DNA from: Candidatus Limnocylindria bacterium
Lineage (GTDB): Bacteria > Chloroflexota > Limnocylindria > QHBO01
Length of the DNA stretch: 61,020 bases
Reading direction: 5' to 3'
Assembly (NCBI GenBank): GCA_046715765.1
Contig: JBKJYH010000048.1
Span: forward strand, 1 to 61,020
Part shown: positions 17,692 through 27,339 of the stretch, in pieces
How positions within the stretch are numbered: the first letter of the stretch is position 1
How the letters are laid out: every line of letters starts with the position of its first letter
Made by a program: the position numbers and the translations under genes
The notes under the pieces: model-generated
Told to the model about the DNA's origin: nothing
Databases searched by the model: none
Seen by the model: only the letters and a program-made list of their open reading frames with translations

Positions 17692-18084
17692 CTAGCGAAC
17701 CAGCAGCGTGCCGCTCATGCGGGTGGGATGCAGGAAGCAGTCGAACCAATACTCGCCCACCGCGAGTGGCTCGAGCAGGTAGTCGATGGAGCGGCCCGGC
17801 CCGCTGACCAGGTCCCCGTGGAAGAGCTCCTCGGATCGGCCGGCGTTCGCGTAGACGGAGACGTTGTGCTCCGCTGGATCGTTGTTGTCGAGCCGAATTC
17901 TGAACGCCTCTCCGGCCGGGACCACGACGCATGTCGCGTCGAAGATGAACTCGGTCGCCGCCAAGCTGACGACCCCGTCCGCGTCGGCTCGGACGCAGGT
18001 CGACTCATCAACGCTGGCGGGCGGACCTGAGGCGGTCGTGCACCCCGCCACCAGGAGCGTGGCGAGCCAAGCTGCTGATCTCAT
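17692..18084 (-). CDS. cupredoxin (type-1 copper) lipoprotein
   Basis: 130 aa with the lipobox LLVAGC. The His (AEHNVS) plus C-terminal 'CFLHPTRM' (C-x2-H-x3-M) gives the plastocyanin/amicyanin-like ligand pattern. Confidence 0.75.
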   Translation of the reverse strand: MRSAAWLATLLVAGCTTASGPPASVDESTCVRADADGVVSLAATEFIFDATCVVVPAGEAFRIRLDNNDPAEHNVSVYANAGRSEELFHGDLVSGPGRSIDYLLEPLAVGEYWFDCFLHPTRMSGTLLVR

Positions 18085-18087
18085 CGG

Positions 18088-18963
18088 TCAGCCCGCATCC
18101 CGGACTCGGATCCCCCGGTCGGTCATCTCGATCCGGACCGGCAGAGCACCCGGATCGTGGGTGAAGTAGCACCACCAGCCCTCGGCCGCGGCTCGCGGCA
18201 CAAGTCGGTTGCGAACCTCGACCGCGTCGATCGGGTAGTCGTCGTAGGCGCTGGTCCAGCGCACCGGAAGCTGCCAGCGGGTCGGCACCAGGTCGCCGAA
18301 GAAGACGGCTCGGTCCCCCGGCTCGCCCTCCACGCCCAGCAGCACCGCCTGTGAACCGCGCGTGTGCCCGCCGGTGGGAAGGACTCGCACGCCGGGCACC
18401 AAGTCGATCTCGCCGGACACCTCGGCCAGGAGTCCCGCGTCGCGCACCAGGTCGAGCTGCTCGACCTCCATGATCCCCGACAGTCGCAGCTCGTCCCCGC
18501 GCGCCGCCTCGGCTTCGGCGCGCTGGACCACGTAGCGCGCGTTCGGGAAGTTGGGCGCTCCCGTCGCGTCCACCATCCCGCCGGCGTGGTCGTAATGGAG
18601 GTGGCTGACCACCACGAAGTCGATCGCAGCGGGGTCCTCCCCCACCGCGCGCAGGGCCACCGCCGGGTCGCCGCCCTCGACCCCCTTGATCTCCCGGTCC
18701 TTGTCGGTCATCCGCGCTCCGGTGCCGGTCTCGACCAGGATCCGCCTGCCGGCCGCGTCGATCAGCAGCAGGTTGAGCCGACACAGCAGCCGGCCACGCT
18801 CATCGGTCTCGACCATCCGCGACCAGAGAGGTCGCGGAACAACGCCGAAGAAGCCGCCGGAATCGGGCCGGAACCAGCCGCCGCGCACCACCCGGACCCG
18901 GACGCCTCCGGCGAAGGTGCGCGCCTCGGCCTCGGGCGTGACGGCGTACAGGGGCTCCGTCAC
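18088..18963 (-). CDS. MBL-fold metallo-hydrolase
   Basis: 291 aa with a '[13 protein letters not shown]' HxHxDH motif. Its GTG start overlaps the dcd stop (GTGA at 18960-18963). Confidence 0.8.
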   Translation of the reverse strand: MTEPLYAVTPEAEARTFAGGVRVRVVRGGWFRPDSGGFFGVVPRPLWSRMVETDERGRLLCRLNLLLIDAAGRRILVETGTGARMTDKDREIKGVEGGDPAVALRAVGEDPAAIDFVVVSHLHYDHAGGMVDATGAPNFPNARYVVQRAEAEAARGDELRLSGIMEVEQLDLVRDAGLLAEVSGEIDLVPGVRVLPTGGHTRGSQAVLLGVEGEPGDRAVFFGDLVPTRWQLPVRWTSAYDDYPIDAVEVRNRLVPRAAAEGWWCYFTHDPGALPVRIEMTDRGIRVRDAG

Positions 18964-19541
18964 CGGCGGATGCGCCCCCGCTCGAAGTCGCGGTGGTAGA
19001 GGCTGGCGGTGGGGTCACGCTGACCGCGGTACTTGGACCCCAGCTTTGCGTCGCCATAGCCGGTCTCGGCCGGGGAACTGAGCCGCTGGAAGCTGATCTG
19101 GCCGATCTTCATCCCGTCATACAGGGTGATCGGGAGGTTGGCGACGTTCGACAGCTCGAGGGTCAGGTTGCCCTCCCAACCCGGATCCACGTAGCCGGCA
19201 GTGGAGTGGATCAGCAGGCCCAGCCGCCCCAAACTGGATTTCCCTTCCAGCCGGGCCACCAGGTCGTTGGGCAACTGGACGCGCTCGAAGGTGGAGCCCA
19301 GCACGAACTCGCCGGGATGCAGGATGAACGGCTCGTCACCGGCGACCTCGACCATCTCGGTCAGCTCGGGCTGATCGGTGCGGACGTCGATGAAAGGGTA
19401 GCGGTTGTTGCGAAAGACCCTGAAGCGCCGGTCCAGGTGCAGGTCCACGCTCGACGGCTGAACCGCCTCGGGCAGGTATGGATCGATGACGATCCGTCCG
19501 GCGGCGATCTCCGCCCGGATGTCGCGGTCAGAGAGGACCAC
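18960..19541 (-). CDS. dcd: dCTP deaminase
   Basis: 193 aa. It has the '[22 protein letters not shown]' N-terminus and '[12 protein letters not shown]' motif characteristic of Dcd. Confidence 0.9.
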   Translation of the reverse strand: MVLSDRDIRAEIAAGRIVIDPYLPEAVQPSSVDLHLDRRFRVFRNNRYPFIDVRTDQPELTEMVEVAGDEPFILHPGEFVLGSTFERVQLPNDLVARLEGKSSLGRLGLLIHSTAGYVDPGWEGNLTLELSNVANLPITLYDGMKIGQISFQRLSSPAETGYGDAKLGSKYRGQRDPTASLYHRDFERGRIRR

Positions 19542-19552
19542 GCCGACCCTCG

Positions 19553-20023
19553 CTATTCCTCGGCGCTGCTGCGCTGGCGGATCAGGCGATCCACCTCGCG
19601 CTTGAGGGTCGAGATGTCCTCGTAGCCCTGGTAGACCGATGCGAATCGAATGTAGGCCAACTGGTCCAGATCCCGCAACGCCTCGGTGGCGAGGCGGCCT
19701 ACCTCTTTGCTGGTGACCTCCGGTTCGCCCCGCGCGCGCAACTGGCTCTCGATGTTGTCCGCGGCCTCTTCGACCCGGGCGACGGTGACCGGTCGCTTCT
19801 CGAGCGCTCGGAGTAACCCACCGACCAACTTGGTGCGATCAAAGTCCTGGCGCGATCCGTCACGCTTGACGACCATCAGCCGCGCCCCTTCGGGCCGCTC
19901 GTAGGTGGTGAACCGGTACGCACACGTCTCACACTCGCGGCGGCGGCGGATGGTGCTCCCCGCCTCGAGGTCGCGCGAGTCGATGACACGGGTTCCCATG
20001 GCCGAGCAACGAGGACAGTGCAT
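19553..20023 (-). CDS. nrdR: transcriptional repressor NrdR
   Basis: 156 aa. It has the 'MHCPRC....TRVIDSR......[18 protein letters not shown]' zinc ribbon plus an ATP-cone. Confidence 0.95.
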   Translation of the reverse strand: MHCPRCSAMGTRVIDSRDLEAGSTIRRRRECETCAYRFTTYERPEGARLMVVKRDGSRQDFDRTKLVGGLLRALEKRPVTVARVEEAADNIESQLRARGEPEVTSKEVGRLATEALRDLDQLAYIRFASVYQGYEDISTLKREVDRLIRQRSSAEE

Positions 20024-20087
20024 ACGGGCTCCGGCTTCGGATTACACCAGCAGTGGTACCTATCGGCAGGATACCACAAGATGTGGG

Positions 20088-20600
20088 TCAGTCCGCCTCC
20101 AGCCGCGTGGCCACCGAGACCTCGGCCGGGCGCCCCGGCTCCCAGTGCAGCGCCGCGTGCACCACCTCGTTCATCCGAAGGGCCGCGTTGCGCAGGTTGG
20201 CGCCGCCACGCCGCCAGCTGCTCAACACTTCTTCGTCCGCGGGCGGGCGGTATGGCTCATCCGCCATCCTGCAGGCGCGTTCGGCCAGCACCAGGCCGCG
20301 TCTCGCACGATGCAGGTTGGCCTCGTACTCGCGGTGCAGGCCGTGCAACTCGGTCGGCGCGCGGATGCCCAGCATCGCGGTCGCGGCAGCTTCGAATGCG
20401 GCGGCCGCCTCGCTCAGGCGCCGATACCCCTCGTCCGGCTCGATGGCCCGGATTCGGAGCGCCTCGACGGTAGCCGCCGCGTCGCCCACCGCGCGGGCGA
20501 TCAGGGTGGTGAGCCGCACCAGGTCGGTGCGATACCCGCGCAACTCCCGATGGCGGGTGCGAGGCGGGCGCGGGCCTGCGGTCCGGCCCGGCAGGCGCAT
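20088..20600 (-). CDS. hypothetical helical protein
   Basis: 170 aa with a balanced, helix-like composition (E/L/A/H/R). The overlapping plus-strand ORFs are Ser/Arg/Pro-rich artefacts. I recognise no family. Confidence 0.5.
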   Translation of the reverse strand: MRLPGRTAGPRPPRTRHRELRGYRTDLVRLTTLIARAVGDAAATVEALRIRAIEPDEGYRRLSEAAAAFEAAATAMLGIRAPTELHGLHREYEANLHRARRGLVLAERACRMADEPYRPPADEEVLSSWRRGGANLRNAALRMNEVVHAALHWEPGRPAEVSVATRLEAD

Positions 20601-20611
20601 GCTGCTGGACC

Positions 20612-21595
20612 TCAGCGGCCGGTGCGCCGGCGGATCTCGGCGGTTAGGCGCGGCACGATGGCGAACAGGTCCCCGACCACGAACAGGTCCGCGAACTCAC
20701 CGATTGGGGCGTCCGGATCCTTGTTGATGGCGACCACGTGCTCCGCCGTCTGCATCCCGACCCGGTGCTGGATCGCGCCACTGATCCCGCAACCGAGGTA
20801 CAGCGCGGGCTTGACCACCTTGCCGGTCTGGCCGATCTGGAGCTGGTACGGGACCCAGCCGGCATCCGCAGCTGCCCGGCTGGCGCCGACCGCCCCGCCG
20901 AGTGCCGCCGCGAGCTCGCGCAGCGCCTCGAAGCCGGCCGCGCTGCCGACGCCGCGTCCGCCCGCCACGATGATGCTTGCCTCCTCCAGGTTGACCACGG
21001 CCGCCTCAGCGGGGTGCGTCTCGGCGATGCTTGCCCGCCCGAACGCTCCGCGGTCCACGGCGGGGGCGGCCACCACGGGTGCGCTGCCGGTGCCTCCCTC
21101 GAGCGGCGCGAAGGTCCCCGCCAGGGCAAGCACCACGGCCGGCTGGGGAGCGCCGGCGGAAGGCCGGCTGGTGGTGATGACGCTGCCCTGCAAGGTCCCC
21201 ATCTCGACCTCCACCGTCCCTTCGGCGATCCGAGCCGAGCGTACCGGCCCGAATACGGGCAGCCCGAGCAGACCGACCAGGGCGGCTGCTAGGTCGCGCC
21301 CGTTGAAGGTCGCCGGCGCCAGCAGGGCGAGCGGCAGATCCGCGGCGAGGGCGGCTGCGAGCGGCGCAGCGGCGCCGATCGCCGGACCCGAGCCGTCGTC
21401 GAGGAGCACGGCCCGCGTCGCACCCGCGGCACCCAGGGCGGCAGCGCCCGCGGACGCACCGGGTCCGAAAGCAGCTGCCACCGCGGCCCCGCCCGAGGTG
21501 CGTGCAAGTTCAGCGGCGCCCGCAGCCAGCTCAAGCGCGGAACGGGTCGACTGCCCGTCGGCGAACTCGGCGAGGAACCAAACGTCGTTGCTCAT
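20612..21595 (-). CDS. etfA: electron transfer flavoprotein subunit alpha
   Basis: 327 aa. The C-terminal FAD-binding signature is 'IGQTGKVVKPALYLGCGISGAIQHRVGM...VVAINKDPDAPI'. Confidence 0.9.
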   Translation of the reverse strand: MSNDVWFLAEFADGQSTRSALELAAGAAELARTSGGAAVAAAFGPGASAGAAALGAAGATRAVLLDDGSGPAIGAAAPLAAALAADLPLALLAPATFNGRDLAAALVGLLGLPVFGPVRSARIAEGTVEVEMGTLQGSVITTSRPSAGAPQPAVVLALAGTFAPLEGGTGSAPVVAAPAVDRGAFGRASIAETHPAEAAVVNLEEASIIVAGGRGVGSAAGFEALRELAAALGGAVGASRAAADAGWVPYQLQIGQTGKVVKPALYLGCGISGAIQHRVGMQTAEHVVAINKDPDAPIGEFADLFVVGDLFAIVPRLTAEIRRRTGR

Positions 21596-22377
21596 CAGAT
21601 CAGCTTCCGCTCGGCGAGCCAGTCGGCGATACGGGTCGCCGCCTCATCGGGGCCGACGTCGGCGATCCGTTCGGTGGGCGGTTTGGCCTGCGGCGGACGG
21701 GCCTCGAGCACGGTGGTAAGCGCTCCGCCGTGCAGGTCCGCCGCGGAGAGGCCAAGGTCAGCCAGCGCCCAGGTCTCCATCGGCTTGCGTTTGGCGGCCA
21801 TGATTCCGCGCAGGGAAGCGTAGCGCGGCTCACCGACCTGGTCGGTCACGCTGGCAATCACCGGCAGCGGCGCGGCCACGATGTCGAAGCCCGTGGACGA
21901 CAGGCGCCGGACGCGGGCCTCATCGCCCTGGATCGTCAACTCCGAACCGTAGGACAGCAGCGGCAGCCCGCGCATCGCGGCCACCGCCCCGGGGACCATC
22001 GAGCCGCGCGCATCATCGGAGGACATCCCCATCAGGCTCACTTCAGGCGCGAGGCGATCCAATGCCGCCGCCAGGACCCGTGCGGTCGCCCACTCGTCGG
22101 CGCCGGCGAGGGCTGGATCGGTCACCAGGACCGCGTCATCGCCACCCATGGCCAGGGCTCGGCGGAGTGCCTCCGCGGCATCCTCGGGACCCATCGACAG
22201 GTAGGTCACGGTCTGGACGGTGCCCGCCTCCTGGAGGCGCAGCGCCTGTTCTATGGCGTATTCGTCGAGCGGGTTGATGACCGCCTCGGCAGCGGCCCGG
22301 TCGAGGCGCAGGTCGGGTCGATAGCGCTTTTCGGCGGTCGTGGCGGGCACCTGCTTGACGCAGACCACGATCCTCAT
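21595..22377 (-). CDS. etfB: electron transfer flavoprotein subunit beta
   Basis: 260 aa with the 'MRIVVCVKQVP' N-terminus. It has a 1-nt stop/start overlap with etfA. Confidence 0.9.
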   Translation of the reverse strand: MRIVVCVKQVPATTAEKRYRPDLRLDRAAAEAVINPLDEYAIEQALRLQEAGTVQTVTYLSMGPEDAAEALRRALAMGGDDAVLVTDPALAGADEWATARVLAAALDRLAPEVSLMGMSSDDARGSMVPGAVAAMRGLPLLSYGSELTIQGDEARVRRLSSTGFDIVAAPLPVIASVTDQVGEPRYASLRGIMAAKRKPMETWALADLGLSAADLHGGALTTVLEARPPQAKPPTERIADVGPDEAATRIADWLAERKLI

Positions 22378-23534
22378 CGGCCCACCCCGGATCGCCGCAG
22401 CAATTCGCGCGCCACGATCAGCCGCTGAATCTGCTGGGTGCCCTCGTACAGCTGGGTGATCTTGGCGTCGCGCATCATGCGTTCGACAGGGTACTCGCTG
22501 ACGTAGCCGTAGCCGCCCAGGACCTGCACCGCATCGGTGGTCACCCGCATCGCCGTGTCACCCGCGATCAGCTTGGCGCTGCTGGTCCAGTACGCAATGT
22601 CGGTGACTCTCGCGTCAACTGCCGACGCCGCGGCATAAGTCAGCTGGCGGGCCGCCTCTGTCTGGCTTGCCATATCGGCCAGCATGAACTGAATCCCCTG
22701 GAAGTCGGCAATCCGCTCGCCGAATTGGCGGCGCGCGCTGGCGTATGCGACCGCCGCGTCGATCGCCCCTTGGGCGATCCCGACTGCCTGCGCGGCGATG
22801 CTCAGGCGTGAGCGTTCCAGGGTGGCCGTTGCGATCCGGAAGCCCTCGCCCTCCTCGCCCAGCCGGTTGGCCGCCGGGACCCGGACATCGTCGAAAACCA
22901 GCTCGGCTGTGGGTGAGCCGCGGATGCCGAGCTTGTGCTCCAGGCGGGGGGCGGAAAACCCGGGGGTATCGGTCTCGACCATGAAGGCGCTCGTGCCTTT
23001 CCGGCCGCCGACGGCCGGGTCGGTCAGGGCGAAGACAGTCACCAGGTTGGCGATCGAGCCGTGGGTGATGAATCGCTTGCTGCCGGTGAGCCGATAGTCG
23101 TCGCCGTCACGGGTTGCCCGCATCCGGATTGCGGCCGCGTCACTCCCGGCCCCATCCTCGGTCAGCGCGAAGGCGATCAGCCATTCACCGGACGCGAGTC
23201 GCGGGCAGTAGCGATCCTGCTGTTCGGGGGTGCCGGCCAACAGGATCGGAAGGGCTCCCAGCTTCTGGACGATGGCAATGAGGCTGGTGGTGGCATCCGC
23301 CCGGGCCAGTTCCTCGACCACGATCGCCTGGCCGATCCCGTCCAGCGCGGTCCCCCCGTGGCGCTCCTCGAAACAGGTCCCCAGCAGGTCCTGCCTGGCC
23401 AGCAACTCCTTGAGATCCCAGGGGAACTCGGCGGCGGAGTCGATGGCCGCGGCCCGCGGAGCGATGCGCTCGGTCGCCAGCTCGCGGACCATGGCCCGCA
23501 GCTCGTCGTGCTCGCGGGTGGTCCGGTAGCTCAC
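22374..23534 (-). CDS. acyl-CoA dehydrogenase
   Basis: 386 aa. Typical ACAD motifs are present (..ALTEDGAGSD.., ..QVLGGYGYVSEYPVERMMRDAKITQLYEGT..). There is an ATGA overlap with etfB. Confidence 0.9.
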   Translation of the reverse strand: MSYRTTREHDELRAMVRELATERIAPRAAAIDSAAEFPWDLKELLARQDLLGTCFEERHGGTALDGIGQAIVVEELARADATTSLIAIVQKLGALPILLAGTPEQQDRYCPRLASGEWLIAFALTEDGAGSDAAAIRMRATRDGDDYRLTGSKRFITHGSIANLVTVFALTDPAVGGRKGTSAFMVETDTPGFSAPRLEHKLGIRGSPTAELVFDDVRVPAANRLGEEGEGFRIATATLERSRLSIAAQAVGIAQGAIDAAVAYASARRQFGERIADFQGIQFMLADMASQTEAARQLTYAAASAVDARVTDIAYWTSSAKLIAGDTAMRVTTDAVQVLGGYGYVSEYPVERMMRDAKITQLYEGTQQIQRLIVARELLRRSGVGR

Positions 23535-23566
23535 CGTCCGAGTCTAGCCCAACCCGATGGCCGCGC

Positions 23567-25000
23567 TCAGGCCGTCAGTTCAGCCCCAAATGCGCGGAAC
23601 GTGTCGATGTATCGGTCGGCCTCGGCCTCGGTGTGCTGCACCGACAGGGTCCACTGGTCGTCGGCTCCCGGCGGGAGGAGGATCCCGCGGTTGGCTAGGT
23701 AGAAGAAGCTGGCCGCCCACAGGTCAGCGTCGAGGCCGATGAAGTCGCGATAGTTGGTGACGCGCCCCGGGGTGAACATGACGCAGCCCTTGGGCCCGAC
23801 GTTGATGGCATAACCGGGGAGCTCGAACTCGTCGATCACCTCCTGGCAGCCAGCGGTCAGCCGCTCGGCCAGCGCATGCAGCTTCGGGTACGCCTCTGGG
23901 GTCAGAATCTGGGTCAGGGTCACCAGGCCCGCGGTCATGGACAGCGGGTTGCCGTTGAAAGTGCCCAGGTGGGCGACCCGGGTCGAGCCTCCGGCCAGAC
24001 TGGAGTGCTCGACTCCAGCCGCCTGCGCAGAACGGTCGGGGACCTGCTCGATCGCGTTCATCACCTCGGCGCGGCCGGTGAAGGCACCAATCGGCACGCC
24101 GCCGCCGATGCTCTTGGCCAGGCACAGCAGGTCGGGTTGGACGCCGAAGTACTCGGTCGCCCCGCCGTAGGCCAGCACCACGCCGGTCTTGACCTCGTCG
24201 AAGATGAGGACCGCGCCATGCTCGGTCGCCAGCTCGCGCAGCCGCTGCAGGAATCCTTCCCTGGGCGGGACGACGCCGATGTTGAACTGCACCGGCTCGA
24301 CGATGATCGCCGCGACTTCGCCGGGATGACGCTCGAGGATGGCCGCCACCAGCTCCGGCTCGTTGAACGGGGCGATGATCGTCTCGCCCAGCCGGCTGGC
24401 CGGCATGCCGGCTGTGGCCGGGACGCTGTTCGGGGCATCGGCCGGGCCCATCGCCTCGCGGCTGGGTTGGATGCTGATCAGGACCTCGTCATGGTGGCCG
24501 TGGTAGCCGCCCTCGAACTTGACGAGCTTGGATCGGCCGGTGAAGCCGCGCGCCACCCGGATCGCGTCCATGGTGGCCTCGGTCCCGGAGTTGCTGAAGC
24601 GCACCAGGTCGGTTCCGAAGCGGCGCTTGATCTCCTCCGCCAGCGCCACTCCGTCCTCGACCGGGAAGGTGTAGCAGGTCCCATTGGCCACCCGGTATTG
24701 CAGCGCCTCGACCAGGAGCGGGTGAGAATGCCCGGCTGCCAGCACACCGAAGGCCATGTCGAAGTCCACGTACTCGTTGCCGTCCGCGTCCCAGATCCGC
24801 GAGCCACGCGCATCGGTCATGAAGAGCGGGTACGGGTCGTAGGTCTGGAACGAACTGGCGACGCCGAGCGGCATCGCCTGGCGGGCGCGGGCGTGGAGCT
24901 CCGCACTGCGCGGGGTGCGGGTGCGGTACGCCTCCTCTTCCCGGCGCAGGATGGCTTGGATCGAGGAGCGGTCCAGCTGGCGGCCAGCGGTGGTAGTCAC
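23567..25000 (-). CDS. class-III (GSA-aminomutase-like) PLP aminotransferase
   Basis: The ORF was trimmed to GTG 25000, which is preceded by GGAGGA 8 nt upstream. '..DADGNEYVDFDMAFGVLAAGHSHP..' and '..IFDEVKTG..' are typical of this class. Confidence 0.8.
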   Translation of the reverse strand: MTTTAGRQLDRSSIQAILRREEEAYRTRTPRSAELHARARQAMPLGVASSFQTYDPYPLFMTDARGSRIWDADGNEYVDFDMAFGVLAAGHSHPLLVEALQYRVANGTCYTFPVEDGVALAEEIKRRFGTDLVRFSNSGTEATMDAIRVARGFTGRSKLVKFEGGYHGHHDEVLISIQPSREAMGPADAPNSVPATAGMPASRLGETIIAPFNEPELVAAILERHPGEVAAIIVEPVQFNIGVVPPREGFLQRLRELATEHGAVLIFDEVKTGVVLAYGGATEYFGVQPDLLCLAKSIGGGVPIGAFTGRAEVMNAIEQVPDRSAQAAGVEHSSLAGGSTRVAHLGTFNGNPLSMTAGLVTLTQILTPEAYPKLHALAERLTAGCQEVIDEFELPGYAINVGPKGCVMFTPGRVTNYRDFIGLDADLWAASFFYLANRGILLPPGADDQWTLSVQHTEAEADRYIDTFRAFGAELTA

Positions 25001-25088
25001 GGTTGTTGTCCTCCCCGGGTGTCGGGCGGCGCGGTGGGTGTCCGACAAGCGTAGCCGGACCGGGGACCCTCGTGCTCGCGCCCCGCGG

Positions 25089-27290
25089 TCACGCGCTCGG
25101 CCGCCCCACCCCGGGCCCCTCCCATGCTCCGGTGGCGTCGGCAAGGAGTTCCGCCACGTCCCGAACGGCCACATCCTCGCGCTGGAGATCGGTCACCCCG
25201 TCGCGGAGCATGACCAGGCAGAACGGACAGGCGGTGGCAATCGCGGTCGCATTGGTGGCCAGCGCCTGTTCGGCTCGGCGATGGTTGATGCGCTGCCCCT
25301 CGCGCTCCTCCATCCACATCCGCGCCCCGCCCGCGCCGCAGCACATCCCCTTGCGGTGATGGAGGTCCATCTCCACCACCGATTGGCCCGGCACTGCGTC
25401 AACCACCCGGCGGCCCGCGTCGTACACGTCGTTGTAGCGGCCCAGGTAGCAGGCATCGTGGTAGGCGACCACCGCCTCGTGCTGACGATCCGGGACCAAC
25501 CGGCCTTCGGCGACCAGTCGATCGAGCAGTTCGGTGTGATGGATCACCGCGATCCCAGACAGGCCGAATTGGGGGTACTCGTTGCGAATCGTGTTGAAAC
25601 AGTGGGGGCAGCTGGCCACGATGGTCCGGACCCCGTGATCCGCATGGGCAGCGCTCAGGACGGCCACGTTGTCCGCAGCCAGCATCTGGTACAGGTACTC
25701 GTTGCCCGCCCGGCGCGCCGGGTCTCCGCTGCAGCTCTCGGCGGTGCCGAGTACCGCGAAGTCGATCCCCGCCTGCGCCAGCAGCACGGCCATCGCGCGC
25801 ACCACTTTGCGGTTGCGCTCGTCGAAGGCGCCGGCGCAGCCAACCCAGTACAGGATCGGTCCGCCGCTCCGGGAGCCGGACTTCCAGATGGTGCGCGGCC
25901 GGCGGAGGGCCCCAGCATCGGTCAGTGATGCGCTTGGCGCCGGTCGGCCCAGAACCGGAACCTCGAGCCCCTTGGCCCAGTCCATGCGGGACGACTTTGG
26001 CTGGCCCCACGGGTTGCCGGCGGTCTCCATGTTGCGGAAGGCGACATTGAGTTCCTTGGGGAATCGGCTCTCCTCCAGCACCAGGTTGCGCCGGATCTCG
26101 ACGATCGAATCGACGTGCTCGATCAGGACCGGGCAGGCTTCCACGCACCAGCCGCAGGTGGTGCACTGCCAGATTGCCTCCTCGGGGATTGCATGGTCGA
26201 CCAGCGGCTCGGCCAGGGCGGCGGCGGCCCGTTCACGAGCCAGGTTGAGCGCGTGGTCGGAGGCCTCGATTCCGCCGGCAGCGCCACCCTTTGCCGCGCG
26301 CTGGGCCGATGCCGCGGAGGCGATGGCGGTCTCTGCCGCCACGATCTGGTCGCGCAGCCCCTCCATGAAGTGCTTCGGGGAGAGCGTCTTGCCGGTCATG
26401 CTGGCCGGGCAGAACTCCATGCAGCGGCCGCACTCGGTGCATGACAGCCCGTCGAGCAGGTGGCGCCAGGTGAGGTCCTTCAGGCCACGGGCGCCGAAGA
26501 CCGGCAGCTCTTCGCCGGGCGCCGGCTCCACTTCGAGGTCCATCTTGCGCAGGGCGCCGCGCGGTTCGAGGTTGCGCAGGAAGACGTTCGGCTCGCTGCT
26601 CAGGATGTGGAGGTGCTTGCTGTAGGGCAGGTACGCGCCGAAGGCCATCACGAACCCGATGTGGATCCACGCCGCGATCCCGAAGCCGGTCGATGCCGCC
26701 GAGGCGCCGATCGGCTCGAGCAGCACCGACAGCGGACCTGCCACGAGGGCGAGTCCGCGGGCCGGGTCATCCGCCACGACCACCCAGCGCAGGGCGTCGC
26801 CGGCCGCCTCGCTGATCACCACCCCGGCGATCATGCCCAGGATCACGAAGGCGTCGCGGCTCAACGCCAGCCGAGCGGGACGGGTCACGACGCGGCGCCA
26901 GATGGCATAGCCCAGCGCCACCAGGATGAAGGCGATGAACAGGTTGGCCACGGCCACCGCCAGCACCCAGAAGATGCCTCCCAGCGGCCAGCCCACGATC
27001 GTCTCGACCAGGCCGTTGGTGAAGTAGTTGCCGGTGGTCATCAGCAGGACCAGGAAGCCCCAGAAGATGGCCGCGTGCATGATCCCGGGGCCGAGGTCCT
27101 GCAGGAGTCGACGCTGCCCGATGACGAATACGATCACGCCCCAGATGCGGGCCAGGGGTCTGTCGAGCCGGTCAATCGGACGCCCGGCGCGCAGGATGGC
27201 TATATGCCAGCGCACACGCCGCCAGAAGAGCGCCACGGCGACGGCAGCCGGAATGACGATCAGCGGGAAGTAGGGGATCCCCAGGTCCAT
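25089..27290 (-). CDS. membrane-bound Fe-S oxidoreductase (EtfD / HdrD-GlpC-like with N-terminal multi-TM domain)
   Basis: 733 aa with about 5-6 N-terminal TM helices. It has two CxxCxxCxxxCP ferredoxin motifs (CTECGRCMEFCP, CTTCGWCVEACP) and two CCG-type Cys-rich domains (..WVGCAG.., ..MCCGAGG..). Confidence 0.8.
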   Translation of the reverse strand: MDLGIPYFPLIVIPAAVAVALFWRRVRWHIAILRAGRPIDRLDRPLARIWGVIVFVIGQRRLLQDLGPGIMHAAIFWGFLVLLMTTGNYFTNGLVETIVGWPLGGIFWVLAVAVANLFIAFILVALGYAIWRRVVTRPARLALSRDAFVILGMIAGVVISEAAGDALRWVVVADDPARGLALVAGPLSVLLEPIGASAASTGFGIAAWIHIGFVMAFGAYLPYSKHLHILSSEPNVFLRNLEPRGALRKMDLEVEPAPGEELPVFGARGLKDLTWRHLLDGLSCTECGRCMEFCPASMTGKTLSPKHFMEGLRDQIVAAETAIASAASAQRAAKGGAAGGIEASDHALNLARERAAAALAEPLVDHAIPEEAIWQCTTCGWCVEACPVLIEHVDSIVEIRRNLVLEESRFPKELNVAFRNMETAGNPWGQPKSSRMDWAKGLEVPVLGRPAPSASLTDAGALRRPRTIWKSGSRSGGPILYWVGCAGAFDERNRKVVRAMAVLLAQAGIDFAVLGTAESCSGDPARRAGNEYLYQMLAADNVAVLSAAHADHGVRTIVASCPHCFNTIRNEYPQFGLSGIAVIHHTELLDRLVAEGRLVPDRQHEAVVAYHDACYLGRYNDVYDAGRRVVDAVPGQSVVEMDLHHRKGMCCGAGGARMWMEEREGQRINHRRAEQALATNATAIATACPFCLVMLRDGVTDLQREDVAVRDVAELLADATGAWEGPGVGRPSA

Positions 27291-27339
27291 TGCGGGCGAA
27301 TCCTAGCCGTCCGTCGCCGCGGTTCGGGCGGCGAGCGCG

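Noticed and set aside
20041-20088. Two short inverted repeats upstream of nrdR (ACCA-N4-TGGT centred near 20051.5, CCACA-AGA-TGTGG centred at 20080), considered as NrdR boxes.
   Set aside because: The half-sites and even-length 16-bp palindrome of the recalled NrdR-box consensus are not matched. The centre-to-centre distance is about 28.5 bp rather than about three helical turns. NrdR boxes are expected upstream of nrd genes, which are not in this window.
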